A DNA stretch of 64,000 bases from Octopus sinensis (GCF_006345805.1 NC_042999.1:102114001-102178000); one strand, 5' to 3'; shown: positions 10,650 to 23,924, numbered from the stretch's first letter. The notes: a model not told the origin generated them from the sequence alone. Translations and numbers: made by a program.

Positions 10650-12312
10650 CTGTGGTACCTTGACTTACGAGTGTCCCAACTAACGAGTTTTTCGAGATAC
10701 GAGCTGTCTCTCGGCCGATTTTTTGTTTTGAGTTGCGAGCTAAAATTCGGGTTACGAGTCAGGTTCAGACACCCCACCGCTAGTTGGCGTAGCGAACGCC
10801 ACAGTGAACGCTGTAACATTCGCTGATTCGAGAATTTCAAAAGGAGGTCTGGCATTCACTCCCTTGTTAGGCATGGTGAAGCTGCAAGAGCCGTTATGAA
10901 GGCAGCTGAGGATTACCTCAAAACTTTTGCCAGAATTATAGCAGCCGAAGGATACATCCCCCAGCAAGTCTTCAACTGTGACGAGACAGGACGTTTTTGG
11001 AAGATGCCAAAGAGGACTTATATAACGGTAAAGGAGAAGAAGATGCCAGGTCACAAACGCATGAAAGATAGGCTAACCCTCGCACTGTGTGCCAATGCGA
11101 GCAGCGACTGCAAGATTAAGCCGCTGCTCGTTTATCGTTCGGAAAACCCCAGAGCCTTTAAGTCACATAAGATTCTGATAGAAAAACTGCAAGTTGTGTG
11201 GTGGGCAAATCTAAAGGCGTGGGTCACTAGGTAGTTCTCTGTGGGGCGGGTGAATTTGGTCTTTGGTCCTGGCGTTAAGAAATATCTCCAGGAAAATAAC
11301 CTACCCTTGCAAGCCCTTCTTATCCTGGACAATGCATCTGTTCACCAACCTAACCTCAAAGATGACATCCTCGAAGGGTCCAAGTTTATAAAAGTTTTGT
11401 GCTCTTCGTCACCTCAAAGCAGCGGCGGAACAGGTGCATGGTGAAGAGCTTCTTTAAATTAGAAATCTCCTGTTGGTCCATGGACTGCATGATAGGGGTG
11501 GTGCTGGGTGGTGCTGGGTGGCCTGAGGTTGTGTTTGAAATGAACTTTGAAAGACTCAAACCCGAAGCAGGAGTGGTGGAGGAGAGTGTATCTCTTGGCA
11601 AGTCCATGGGCCTGGAGGTGGATGAAGATGACATCAATGAGCTCATCGAGGAGCACTCCGAAGAACTGATAACGAAAGAGCTAAAGGAACTACAGACGCA
11701 GCAGCACACTGAGGTTTTGCAGGAAATGGGTGACGCGAAGGAGGCGGAGGGGGTTATCTCTACAAGCGCGATAAAGGAAACGTTGAGAATGTGGGAGAAA
11801 CTTTCAGACTTTATTCAAAAGAAACACCGAAGAAAAGTTGCAGATGTGCAAGCTAATTAATGACACTTGCCTAACTCATTTCAAAAGTACTCTGAAAGTG
11901 AGGATGAAACAGACTTTATTGGACAGGTTTTTATCGAAAACCCCTGCAGATGAAGTTGAGGAAAGCGTGGAGAAAAGGGCAAAAATCAGTTCAGCCTTTC
12001 TCATCCACCTCCATCAACATTCCCAAGTCGTTTGATCTCCAAGGTAAATGCTGTACGTAATACTTAATAAAAACAGTTTATTGTAGTACATTCTGTTGTA
12101 TTGTTTTTATACAATATTCGTTCTTTATAAGTACATGTTTATTATTAAAAAAACACGTAAAAAAAAAAACTGCAGTGTTTTTTTGGTGGGGCCGGATCGG
12201 ATTAATGGCATTTCAATTCATTTCAATGGGAAAATTTGATTTGACATACAAGTAATTTGAGTTACGAACTCCGTCACGGAACGAATTAAACTCGTAAGTC
12301 AAGGTACCACTG
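10650..12312 (+). mobile_element. Tigger (pogo-like) DNA transposon, internally deleted
   Basis: 23-bp TIRs CTGTGGTACCTTGACTTACGAGT (10650-10672) / ACTCGTAAGTCAAGGTACCACTG (12290-12312), 22/23 match. TA TSD at 10648-49 and 12313-14. Confidence 0.95.
10827..11990 (+). pseudogene. Tigger transposase remnant (DDE_1 domain and C-terminus, disrupted)
   Basis: FKRRSGIHSLVRHGEAA..GYIPQQVFNCDETG.FWKMPKRTYIT..HKRMKDRLTLALCANAS..KIKPLLVYRSENPRAFK; ALLILDNASVH; GLEVDEDDINELIEEHSEELITKELKEL. Contains stops, frameshifts and deletions. Confidence 0.9.
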
Positions 12313-13964
12313 TATTCAGTTATAGCTATTTAAACATATACAACCACACATAATCTACAATGTTCACATTACATTTATTTCTGGAGGTTATCAAAATTTT
12401 CGTCGCCCTACTGTGTCCTTATCACTGATACAATTCCAGTGCAACTGTTTGAAACTTAACTACTCTAGAACTAAATAGAAGTGTTAAAACAACAGTTTTT
12501 GTGTGTTTTTACACAGCTAAAATGACTCTTCCAAATTACTGCAGTTTCAATACATATTTCAGATCAAATCACTTGAGGACAAGTTCAACCTCTACATATT
12601 CAATATTATATACCAATGGCGATTTTAAAACCCAATAAATTTGAAATTCACTGGTTTGTGCGGCCCTTTATCAGGATAATTTTTATCTGATTTTGATCGA
12701 CTAGTCACGACTAGCTAGCGCGGATGCGCGAGTACGTGAGTGCGCACACCGGGACCACTGTTCTTAAGTAGTACCTCAAACATCGTCACTGCTTTTCCAC
12801 ATCCTATTGCATTTCACCTGGAAATTTTGGTCTTGGTGTATAAATTGAACAATCATTTTGGACTGTAAATTTCAATCTGAAAAATTCGATTTGTATGCCA
12901 GAAAATAGGGTAATGTTTCTTTTCCTTTTATTTATGATCTTTGAGAAAGTATTGGCTATTATGTCTAGCATGTGAAGGACCACGTACAAGCTCCCAACGC
13001 TGCTTCCTGTCTCAGTTGTGAGCCATTTCACTTCACTTTTGTTCACTTTGTGAAAGAAAGGCATGAATATCACAGCTAGCACTTTTACCGTTTCTCCTTA
13101 ATTCAATCACCGGATCACTCAATACAGCCAACTGCTGTATTGCTGAATGTCAGTGATTATAAATCTTCAAACAAAATTGCAGTCACTTGATTTGATGTCT
13201 GAAACTATTTATTGTGCGGCTACGTTTGAAATAATAAATAGTTTATCAATTCACAACCACCACAGCTTGACAACAACTGCCAATAATTTACTTAGCGGAT
13301 TAAAAGGGATTAGAAGGCTTCCGATATTTAAAAGACACGATCCGATACATTGTAATTCTCTATTTTATTGACTCGTGAGAAGGCGAAAAATCTACGCCGC
13401 TTCGTTATTAAGGACTTGCATTCATTTTGTGATTACTTCCCTTTAAAAACATCCCTCTCTGATCGAACAAACTTTATCCTATGGTCAAAGGCATCCATGT
13501 TATTCCAGAGATTCGCTATTGGGCAATTCTTGTTTCAAAACATGTATATTAATAGGTACAGTGCAGCACACTAGAATCGACTTTGATTAAGCCGGTTAAA
13601 TAGAATTATTGGGGTTAAAGTAATCAACTAGACATCGCTCCCACCCCAAGAGGAAACAAAAAAGAGAAAAGAAAAACGTGTGGAGTTGTATCAATGTTAA
13701 AAATGGTGGTCGTAGCAAATTTCATTAAAAACCATCCATTTTTCTGGAAGTTATCAGGAAACAGAATCGGCTCGAGTGAATTATCGAAACTCCTCCCCTT
13801 CTTTCCACCAAAAAAAATTTTCAAGATAAATTCTGATACAATCGGAATCTGAGTCATCTGGAAAGTATTTGTAGAACATTCCATTAAAAAATATCCATTT
13901 TTATGAAAGTTATGAGGAAACAAATTCTGTAGAGGGTACACTTGTGTAGGCAGAATGTTGATAT

Positions 13965-14200
13965 CAATAGTACTCAATCGAAGGAGAGGAGCTTTCTCCG
14001 TCCGGGTTGCGGATCCGTGGAACAAGCTGCCGGACGAGATGGTGAAGATGCCGACGACCGCTTTGTTCAAAGCCTCCCTTGACCTCAAGTGGCCTGAACT
14101 CTTTACATGAACACCACCCTGTACTTAACTCCATGTCCCCCTACATGGCCTTGCTATTTGCTTTTGAGCCAATTTAACTAACTAACTAACTAACTAACTA
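13965..14200 (+). mobile_element. CR1-clade LINE 3' end
   Basis: LNRRRGAFSVRVADPWNKLPDEMVKMPTTALFKASLDLKWPELFT* (stop 14108-14110), short UTR, (CTAA)n tail at 14175-14200. Confidence 0.85.
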
Positions 14201-16800
14201 CTCAACAAGAAAAACGGATTCTAACTGACCATCCCATTTATTTTTCCGAGACAATATATCTAGGATTACATTATCCAATACATTATTCGTTAAAAAGACG
14301 CTGAGGTTTGATTTGAAGGAGATTTATTTGGCTACTAGAGCAGGTAGAAAGACCATGTTAAAGCTCTGTTGAAGTGCAACCAAATCTTCACATTCTTCTT
14401 TACTATCTTAGAAATAGTGGTATGCACACTATAAAGTAGTCCTGAATTTAATAATAAAAAAAAAAAGAAGACGTGATGGTTACAGCTTAAATGTCAGGCA
14501 AACGATATAGGTTTGTCAGAATTATATTTCTTCAACTTATAGCCGCCATCAGTACTTAAGCTGAAGTTTAGTACAAATGGGAAAAAAGAACATATCTATG
14601 GGTTGTGCTTAGTCCAGTGATGGCGAACACTTTTAGCTCGGGATATCGAAATTATAATATCTTTAGCAATCTCATTATTGATATTATTTGTTTCAGATGA
14701 ATGCTTGTAGATAAACTTTTTATGGCGATCGAGCTAGAAGATTTTTTTTCTTCTCTAAACCCATCACTATACCACAACAAAACAGTGTCACTGTTGACTA
14801 GGGGCTTCGTAAGAAGTGTTGACAAAATGACCAAGGTTTCTTTGGAGTGTCAGATGCTGCTGCCTCCTCTCAAAATTCAAAGGGACTGGAAATTGTTTCT
14901 GATTGAGGGGGTGGGCCTTGGCTATTCGGATCCAGTAGAACCCCTCTCTTATAGACCCTACTGTTTGCATGTCTATCATCGTCCCACCCTCATTGGCCAA
15001 GTCGTTGAGTACTTATAAATCGATCAGTGCTGACTTGGGGGTACACGATAACAGCATGAACGAGAAGAGGATTGGAGAGGTTTGACATTCAGTATGTGCG
15101 ATTGGGGTATGGATGGACTGGGTGCACTAAGTTCGATCCTATTTCGATTAAGCTATTTCACTTTATTTACTCAACCTTTTCTTTGTATCAATGACTTACA
15201 TTCGTAAGCAGCAACTAAATGAATAGATGATGGAACGTAGGGTCTCGATCTGGCTAAATTATCCAAGACAGGCCATTATATATAAAGGCAACACTTTCAC
15301 ATATTTTTCGAATGAGACAACGTTTTCATTTTAATCTACTAACCTACAACCAAAATGAGAACACTATTTGTTGTCTCTTCCAACACTTCCAGACAAAGAG
15401 CAAAAAACCGAAAAGTTAGATTCGTTAGTCACTCCTCAATAACCGTCCTCATCGAATCTTCTATATACTCATTATTTGGACAAAAACTCTTGTGCAATAT
15501 GGAAAGCAGTTGCTGACTAGTTTAACTCCCGATTTTAAAAACGTTACAAATGTTTAGAAAGAATCTTGATTACGTCCCTTCCATTAATCTTTAGTACTCG
15601 TTTAGCAGACAGAGCTAATGGCTGGCTTTGCTTCATGAATACTCTTTCAGTTGCTCCAGAGCAGTTTTGCACTGTCGCACTCACTTGAATGTAAATGCAC
15701 GTATAGTTCATATAAGCCAGATTTAAGTCAATGAGGGATCTTCTACATGATTGCTTGACTTGCTAAAAGTAGCAGACGAATCTCCTTCAAATCACACCCC
15801 GCCGTCTTAGTAGAGAAAAGACACATTAGATAATACAAGCTGAATATCTTCTAAAAGGACGATATGGTCGCAGCAAGAATGTTTTCAATTAGGAGCTTAC
15901 TCAATCGAGAGTAACCGGGCTGAAAAACAACAACTAAACACGCCTTCACGTAGACATTTAATTATCTTAAAATGGCAACCAAATATCACTCAAATGACAT
16001 CTTATAATCATAAAAATAGAAGATCATGCATTGATAATTTAGGGTGAATTAGTAACAACACTTTGAAAGACTGAGACCGAATCTACTTCAAATCCATTTT
16101 ATGGAGAAAAAACAACAACAAAAATGACACCTTGAATAATGTAGTCCTTGATACACTCTGTCAAAAAAAAAAAAAAGAAAAGAAAAGAATTGACGGTCAC
16201 AGTTGATTAAGGTTGACTTGAAGCTGAATATATATGTATACCTTATATGTAAATTACATATATACATTCTCCCCCACCCCACCTCTCTCGTTAAAACACT
16301 AAATTGCGATATTATCGCAATCTATACCATTTGAAATATCCACTTCGTGTGAATTATCTGAAACTCCTCACACCTATATTGAATAACTTTTTTTGCAATA
16401 AATGCCCATATAATCAGAATATATACCATTTGAAAGGTATTTGTAGAAAATTTCATTAAAAAATATTCATTTTTATGAACAAAAAATCGGAGAGAGTACA
16501 ATTATGTAGTGGTTTACTGCAATAGCTATTGTTGCTCCGAGTATTGTTAACTGCTTCTCTAGAATATTTTCTTGTGTGGGGAACGGGAATACTCATCGTT
16601 TTGTAGACTTTGTCAGACCAATAACATCTGATTGATAATGTTCAGCTTGACTGTTTGCAAGCTGACGACTGTAGGGTTAATGTACACTACGAGAAAACTC
16701 CAGAAGAGTTTTAGTTCCGTGAAGGAAGGATCTGCATAAAAATTTACCACTCTGTGGAGATGACATAAGGAGGAGTGGCTTGTGGGTCATGTAGGCTGGG

Positions 16801-17122
16801 TAGTAGCGTAGCTAAGGGGGTGAGGTAGTGCTACTAGTTTTATAACTGATTGCACTGAAAAGTGGTTTCAGTGCTGCACAATGCTTTATCCATTCAAAAC
16901 AAATGCACACACACAGGAACTTCTTGGATTCTTGGAATATTTGCACTGACTTGTTGAGTGGTCTTACTCGGTCACGAGTTGACTTCGACCATATGTGGGG
17001 CACAAGAGCGATCCGTCCTGGGCGAAACTTTTATGAGGTGCAACACTTTTGAATTTGCTGTATAAACCTTTATAGGCCGCAATGGCCTAGGGAAGGCGGT
17101 ACACACTCTAGCTACGCCATAG
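16801..17122. mobile_element. hAT-type MITE with an extra internal segment
   Basis: Imperfect TIRs TAGTAGCGTAGCTA / TAGCTACGCCATAG. 8-bp TSD AGGCTGGG (16793-16800) / AGGCTTGG (17123-17130). Right half is similar to 20346-20519. Confidence 0.7.
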
Positions 17123-17799
17123 AGGCTTGGTGTGGGGCTGTATTGATTCTGCCCTAGGGTAAGAAGTCCGAACTGAACAGACCTGTAATCAAAGGTATTC
17201 AAGCTTTTTTCTTTCTTTTCCTAAAACAGTGTATTAGGGTGTAACGTGTGATTTAAAGGAAATTTGGTTGCTCTTTCCAGTGGGTCAAACTACTGTTTGA
17301 TTTGTATGGTTGGGGATTTCTAGAACGACTATTAATTTATGTTAGGGATACTTGAAGTTAACTGTTGTGTTGCCCCTAACATTAGGTAATTCTCATTCTT
17401 AAGAAGGAGGAATATGGTCTGAGGGTGATTTGGCTGCAGTTTCTAACTAGTTGGATGATTTACTAAAAACAGCAACCAAGTCTATATACCCCTCTTCCTA
17501 TTAACTCGTCATAAATGTATAGCCAGCCAGCCATCGACCGAGAACTCGCACAGCGTGACAGAATGTACCATGTTTTCGCTAATTGGTTTAGATGCCTGCA
17601 GAGTCACAAGCAGATATTGACGTCCTCTCAGTCCCTTTACCCTTGTCCCAGTGGAACATCCAGGATGTGAGAGTGGGAAGTTAAAGAGCTGCACTAACAC
17701 CCGGCTAGTATTCATTTGTGTTGAGTATACGGGGACAACGTGAAACGAAGGCTAAGCACTAAGCTGAATACTAGGCTACGCATCTTTACTCAACGGTAT

Positions 17800-18100
17800 A
17801 TCGGTAGCTTTTTAAGCACCTGGGTGTGAGCCATAATTTCAGTATTCCATTTCCTAACAATATGGGTGAAGAATGCCTCAAAATAGTGTTCTGCATAAAT
17901 ATGGGAACGTTTCACATATGTAACTTCGCAAGTTAGAAATCTTCGGCCAACTGACACTATCCAACAAGGGGAATGACTCCACTAAGTTCAATTGATACAT
18001 TTGTTCGACATGCAGCTGTTTAGAGAGTAGAAACTGGCAGTCGGGACGTTCTACGTTTCCACAGTAGGTTATTATCTTCAATTCATAAAAACATTAAAAG
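17800..18100 (-). mobile_element. Degraded CR1-like 3' fragment
   Basis: Minus-strand EHYFEAFFTHIVRKWNTE..VLKKL resembles the CR1 C-terminal SFFxRxxxxWNxLP..FKxxL. Confidence 0.35.
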
Positions 18101-18317
18101 TTGGCAAAGTTTTCAAAATATAGCGGAAGTAGTCCAAAAATAAATTGAACCAGGAACCATGTGGTTAGAAAGCAAACTTCTTACCACAGAGCCAAGCCTA
18201 TGCATACCTATTTACACACACACCCACACAAATATATACTATATATACATACATATGCATACACACACACACACACCACACACACACACATATATATACA
18301 TAAGTATACATACGCAC

Positions 18318-18550
18318 GTGTGGCATAGTGGTTAGGGTGATGGATTCATGATCGTAAGATTGTGGTTTCGATTCTTGAAACAGGCATTGCGTGGTGTTCT
18401 TGAGCAAAACCCTTTATTTCCCATTGCTCCAGTCCACTCAACTGGTAAAAATGAGTAATCCTGCGACGGACCAGTGCCCCATCCAGGGAGGAATATTCAT
18501 GTTACGGAAGCCGGGAAAAAGGCTCTATGTGTCTATATGACTCGGGAAGG
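18318..18550 (+). mobile_element. SINE family C
   Basis: GTGGCATAGTGGTTAGGG...GGTTTCGATTC...CTTGAGCAAAACCC...TTGCTCCAGTCCACTCAACTGG. Confidence 0.8.
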
Positions 18551-18564
18551 ATCTTTATATATAC

Positions 18565-18602
<38 letters not shown>

Positions 18603-19060
18603 CGTTTTGGGATTTGGTTTGCAAGATTCTTTATATGAGTTGTGTGTGTGTTACGGGGACGTAAATACATTAACACTGTTGTCAAGAGGTGGGGAAAGGA
18701 ACAAACACATACACACACACATTTCCATCAAACAAATTCACTCACATGACATTGGTAGACCAAGGGTTATCTCAGATGCTGTGCAGTGGGATTGAACCCG
18801 ATACCAAGTGGTTGCAAAATGAGCTTCTTAGGGGGATTCTTTTCCTCTTTTTCATTTTTCTTTTCAATTAGCTTAAAAACAACAAGAAACCCCAACAAAT
18901 TTTTCTTGGGTTTTTTTCCCTGGTAAACTTTGAACTGACTGCAGAGGCATTTTATCTATAACCATCCTGTCTTTCGGACTACATTATCTAATATCTTCTC
19001 TTTCTCCAAAGTGGTGGGGATTTAACAGCTATTTCTAGCAGGTCGAGCGATAACATAGAA

Positions 19061-19500
19061 CAGTGGTTCTCAACCGGGGTCCATATGACCCTTGGAGGGT
19101 CCACGATACACAAAATATATATATATTTTTTTATACAATTCCTAATATTTGGTTCCAGATTTTGGTACAAGGCCAGCATGTTCGGTGGAGTGTGTAAGTT
19201 GATTACATTGACCCCAGTGCTCAACTGGTACTTATTTTAACGATTCCGAAAGGATGAAAGGCAAATTTGACCTCGGTGGAATTTGAACTCAGAATGTAAA
19301 AACGAATAAAATGTCGCCAAGCATTTTGCCCGGTGTGCTAACGATTCTGCCAGCACTCCATCTAAACAATTCCTGATTATATTTAATTATAAAAATATAA
19401 TGGGATTTCTTTTAAAACTTCAAATGGCTATGAGGAGGGGCCAGTAGTGTAAAAAAGGAATGAAAAGGGTCTAGAGGCGAAAAATGGTTGAGATTCACTG
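19061..19500. mobile_element. hAT (Charlie-like) MITE containing a nested SINE
   Basis: TIRs CAGTGGTTCTCAACC / GGTTGAGATTCACTG. 8-bp TSD ACATAGAA / GCGTAGAA (6/8). Family A SINE (minus strand) at ~19190-19360 inside. Confidence 0.8.
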
Positions 19501-19896
19501 GCGTAGAACATCGATTTTCAATCTATTATTTTTTTTTCAGTCCAACATACACTGAATACGGTGCAAAACTGTTTATGCATATCATAAGCTTTTAAAAAGC
19601 GATATTACACACACACACACACGCACGCACACACACGCACGCACACATGGACCAAACGCATGCGCACAATTATATATGCATATGAAGAACAGGCGCACAT
19701 TAAAAGGTAATGAAGTACACACATACACTTTGTGTAGTTAAGTAGCATGCACACTACTACATGTATGCAAATTTCTCTCTATACAACACATAGGCATCTA
19801 TGCACACGCTAACCAATTCAGATTATTATACCCCGCCCCAAAACTGCCTCGATAAAGATTTGCCACTTTCTTTATTCTGCCTAGAAAATATATATC

Positions 19897-20291
19897 TTTT
19901 CTACTCTAGGCACAAGGCCCGAAATTTTTGTGGAGGGGCCAGTCGATTAGATCGGCCCCAGTACGAAACTAGTACTTAATATATCGACCCCCAAAAGTTG
20001 AAAATGCAAAGTCGATCTCGGCGGAATTTGAACTCAGAACGTAGACAGGCGAAATACCTATTTCTTTACTACCCACAAGGGACTAAACACAGAGGGGACA
20101 AACAAGAACAGACAAACAGATTAAGTCAATTATATCGACCCCAGTGCGTAACTGGTATTTATTTAATCAACCCCGAAAGGATGAAAGGCAAAGTCGACCT
20201 CGACAGAATTTGAACTCAGAACATAGCGGCAGACGAAATACCGCTAAGCATTTCGCCCGGCGTGCTAACCTTTCTGTCAGCTCGCCGCCTT
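19897..20291 (-). mobile_element. SINE family A, full length, two-unit
   Basis: Reverse-complement head ...CGTGCTAACCTTTCTGTCAGCTCGCCGCC. Perfect 16-bp TSD CTAGAAAATATATATC (19881-19896 / 20292-20307). Confidence 0.9.
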
Positions 20292-20345
20292 CTAGAAAAT
20301 ATATATCAGAGACACATACACACACGGTACATACATATATGCACA

Positions 20346-20519
20346 CACTAGCATACTGAGGGGGAGGGACAGTAAGGGCGGTCCGCTCCGTGCGACACTT
20401 TTAAAGGGGCGGTACTTTTGGGTCTGCTGTAGGCAATTTGTGTTTTTTTTCTATGTGGGGCCCGGGGGCGGCAAACGGAAGAACTACTCCAGGCGGCACA
20501 CACTCTAACTACGCTAGTG
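20346..20519. mobile_element. hAT-type MITE (174 bp)
   Basis: TIRs CACTAGCATA.. / ..TAACTACGCTAGTG. 8-bp TSD TATGCACA / CATGCACA (7/8). Confidence 0.75.
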
Positions 20520-20549
20520 CATGCACATATACTCCCATCAAAGCTCTCT

Positions 20550-20972
20550 TATCTTTTACTTGTTACTTGTTTCAGCCATAGGATTGCGGCCATGCTGGGG
20601 CACAGCATTGAAGGGCTTACTCGAACATATCGACCTTAGTACTAGCTTGATACTTATTCTAAGTCTTTTTTGCTGAACCGCTAAGTTACAGGGATGTAAA
20701 CAAACTGACATTGGGTAGGACAAACACATACACAAAGATACACGCATATAAATACATATGTATATGTGTGTGTGGTGTATATATGTATATATATACACCC
20801 ACCCACACACACACACACGATGGGGTCCTTTCAGTTTCCGTCCACCAAATCATAAGGAAATGGTCGGCTCGAGGCTATAGCAGAAGACACTCGCCCAAGG
20901 TGCCACGCAGTGAGACTGAACCCAGAACCATGTGGTTGAGAAACAAGCTTCTTACCAGACAGCCACGCCTGT
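20550..20972 (-). mobile_element. SINE family B
   Basis: Reverse-complement tail, internal (CA/TA) tract, CCCAAGGTGCCACGCAGTGAGACTGAACCC head. Confidence 0.85.
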
Positions 20973-21210
20973 AATTTTATTTTAAATTAGCAGGAAGGGC
21001 TGTGGTTGACAGAATTGTTGGGCAAAATACATTGTTGCATTTGCTCCGGCTCTTTATGTCTAAACTTTAAATCCCACCTCGATCAACTCTGCTATTTTGC
21101 GAATTAACCTTCCATACAAAGTTGTGCACCGAGGTCGACACACGGATACACATGATAATGGTTTCAAACTTTGGAATAAGGCCAGGAATTTTTAATGGAA
21201 AGAACGTAAC

Positions 21211-21479
21211 TCGATCACATTGACCCAGTACAGAAATTGATACATTATTTTATCGACCTCGAAGGGATGAAGGGCTAAGTTGACCTCGGCAGGATTTACG
21301 TTCTGTCTTTATGTTCTGAGTTCAAATTCCGCCGAGGTCGACTCAGCCTTTCATCCATTCGGGGTCGACAAATTAAGTACCAGTTACGCACTGGGGTCGA
21401 TGTAATCGACTTAATCCCTTTGTCTGTCCTTGTTTGTCCCCTCTATGTTTAGCCCCTTGTGGGCAATAAAGAAATAAGA
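21211..21479. mobile_element. Two family A SINE cores in inverted orientation (minus 21211-21297, plus 21298-21479)
   Basis: Arms 21250-21297 and 21324-21371 are reverse complements at 40/48 positions. Confidence 0.8.
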
Positions 21480-22349
21480 TAGTATAGTCCAACATATATT
21501 AAGGACAATGGTAACAACTAGAAGGGGACCCCTCCCACAAACATACACACAAGGAACCCCTCCCGGACTATGTGAATGAGAGGATGACCATGGAGGAATT
21601 TCAAAATAGCGTAGGGCACAGCAAATTGTAAAATGCACTTTAAATGAACCTCAACACTTAATAAGGTTTTCGATGTATTTGTTTTAATTTTTCAAAGTTA
21701 CGGGATGATGTTTTTTTTTTATTATGCTCATTTTTGTGATTGGTGTTATTATATAATTAATGTGATATTTTACATCTCAGAGAAGTGTTCATAAACTACA
21801 AATAATAGTAAAAATTATGATTTTAAAATTCCTTGTATTTTTGTCTTCAGGGTTTGTTTCCTACACTCCAGCTAGAATACCTTTCATTGGATATCATATG
21901 GCTGACCAGAAGCTAAGTTCAAAGTCAAACTCCATAGCGGTCAATATTTTGCAAGTCCATAAAAGAAGTTTAGTTCAATGCTCTCCACCCCCGCCGCCTC
22001 TTATAGTCACTTTGGTCATTTCGCTTCTACCACGTTATTCCAACTTAGATGCAAGGTGGATACTGAAGGTTGCTAACATGTAAAAAGTGAAAGTGATTTA
22101 TTTATTTTTCGATTACTTGGGAATTGATCTACATATATCAACATGTGTACGCGCATACCACGTTCATACATTCACGCATATAAACTTACGTACATAAATA
22201 CACACACATATATACACGCACACACATATATATCATATATATACATACATATATATATACACACGCACACACACACATATATATATATACATACATACAT
22301 ACATATATATACACACGCACACACATATATACATACATATATATATATC

Positions 22350-22381
<32 letters not shown>

Positions 22382-22749
22382 CACATACACTCCCTCCGTC
22401 CATCCATACATACACATATCAAAAATGCTAGTAAATAAACAAAGGGACATAATACTTATAGCATTTAATGTTATTCATTCCAACACTAACAACTCTGATT
22501 GCACTTTAACATCAATATTTCCACCCACCCAGTGGCTTCGAGGATGTGATTATCTCGGAAATACTGATATCATTAGAGTAGTTAACCTAATCCGTCTTAA
22601 TTTCCAAGACCACACAGTCAGGAAGCAAAAAGAAAAGAAAAGCATTTTCTCTTGCCCAAGTCGTTGAAAAGGTCACAGAATGTGTGACGAAAGAACTTTG
22701 ACGGACAAATAAAATTAACAAAAAAATAATACTAATAAAACTAAGGCGA

Positions 22750-22900
22750 AAAGCATTTTCCTTTTCAACGTGTTAATTCATAAGGCGACGGATTCTTCAA
22801 GCCAAGCCAAGCTAACCGACATGCAAACCTTAGAGGGTAGACCAAGAACGAGACGGTTGGAATCCAGATGGAAAGTTTAAAAACAGTTGCTTCTGACTGA
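22750..22900 (+). mobile_element. Possible RTE-like 3' fragment
   Basis: Translation ..TLEGRPRTRRLE.. resembles the RTE C-terminal GRPRTRW motif; otherwise very degraded. Confidence 0.3.
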
Positions 22901-23297
22901 ACCCTTTGCAGAAGGTCTCTGAGGACTCTTATCCCCTGTGACCCTCCCGGCAATAGTGGGGCAGGGATGGATGAATGGATTTTTATAGTGTGCTGCGATG
23001 AGATTTACCAGTCCTATTTGCCTTTATATATAGTGGCCTTCCAACGATTCTTTGATTGGAAGAACTTCCCTGCTATTGCTCTTCATAAACATAGACACTG
23101 GCATGACCGTGTGGTTTAAGAAGTTCGCTTCGCAGCCACATAGTTTCGGGTTCGGTCACTATGCAAGACATAGGGGCAAATATCGACTATTTATAGCCCA
23201 AGGGTTGACCAATGGTTTGCGAGTAAATTAAGCAGATGGAAACTGCGTGGAAGCCTGCCATATATTTGTGTGTGCGCGTGCGCATAAATCCTCGTGG

Positions 23298-23625
23298 AAT
23301 AAAATTTTTTAAAAACATATTACACATGGTGGAAAATTGATTTCCTACCATGTCTTATAATAATGATGAGAAAGTCATAAAAATTAAGAATTTCTATTTA
23401 AAAAAAACCTTCATTTCAGGTTCCACGGTTAGGCAAATTTCATAGAGTAAGGCAATGCAGGCCTTAAAGTTAGGCAAATTGGGACATGAATATTCATAAT
23501 ACAGAAATGAATTTTTTTTTAATAAAAAAATCTTAATTTTTATGACTTGCTCATCATTATTATTATAAGACATGGTAAGAAATTAATTTTCCACCATGTG
23601 TAAATATTTTTTTAAAAATTTTATT
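23298..23625. mobile_element. Fold-back MITE with ~110-bp AT-rich inverted arms
   Basis: AATAAAATTTTTTAAAAACATATTACACATGGTGGAAAATTGATTTCCTACCATGTCTTATAATAATGATGAG.. is mirrored at ~23515-23625. Confidence 0.75.
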
Positions 23626-23924
23626 GGGGGGGGGGGGGGTTTACAAAAGGAAGCCTTTCCGTGCTCGTTTCTTGACCATCGGTGTAGGTTTGCTTACGTC
23701 CCATAATATAGCACGCCGGCAAAGAGGGAACTATTTCCTAGAACAAGCACCAGACTTAAAATAGACCTAGGGAGTTGGGATTAAATCCTTTAATGCTTTG
23801 CCCCAAGTAAAAAAAAAAAGCCTTTTCGTGGTAGATCGATCTGCTAGAAATAGTAGTCTTATATCTTTTAAATCAAATCTTACATAAAAATAGGGTACGT
23901 TGTATAGTCCTTTAAAATATTACC

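Noticed and set aside
14701-15018. 105-aa ORF with EGVGLG
   Set aside because: At best faint similarity to a LINE GGLG motif; no convincing domain, probably decayed retroelement sequence.
21851-22083. Good acceptor (TTTTGTCTTCAG|G) opening a 77-codon frame
   Set aside because: Peptide not recognisable and no donor or partner exon supported; cannot be distinguished from chance without RNA data.
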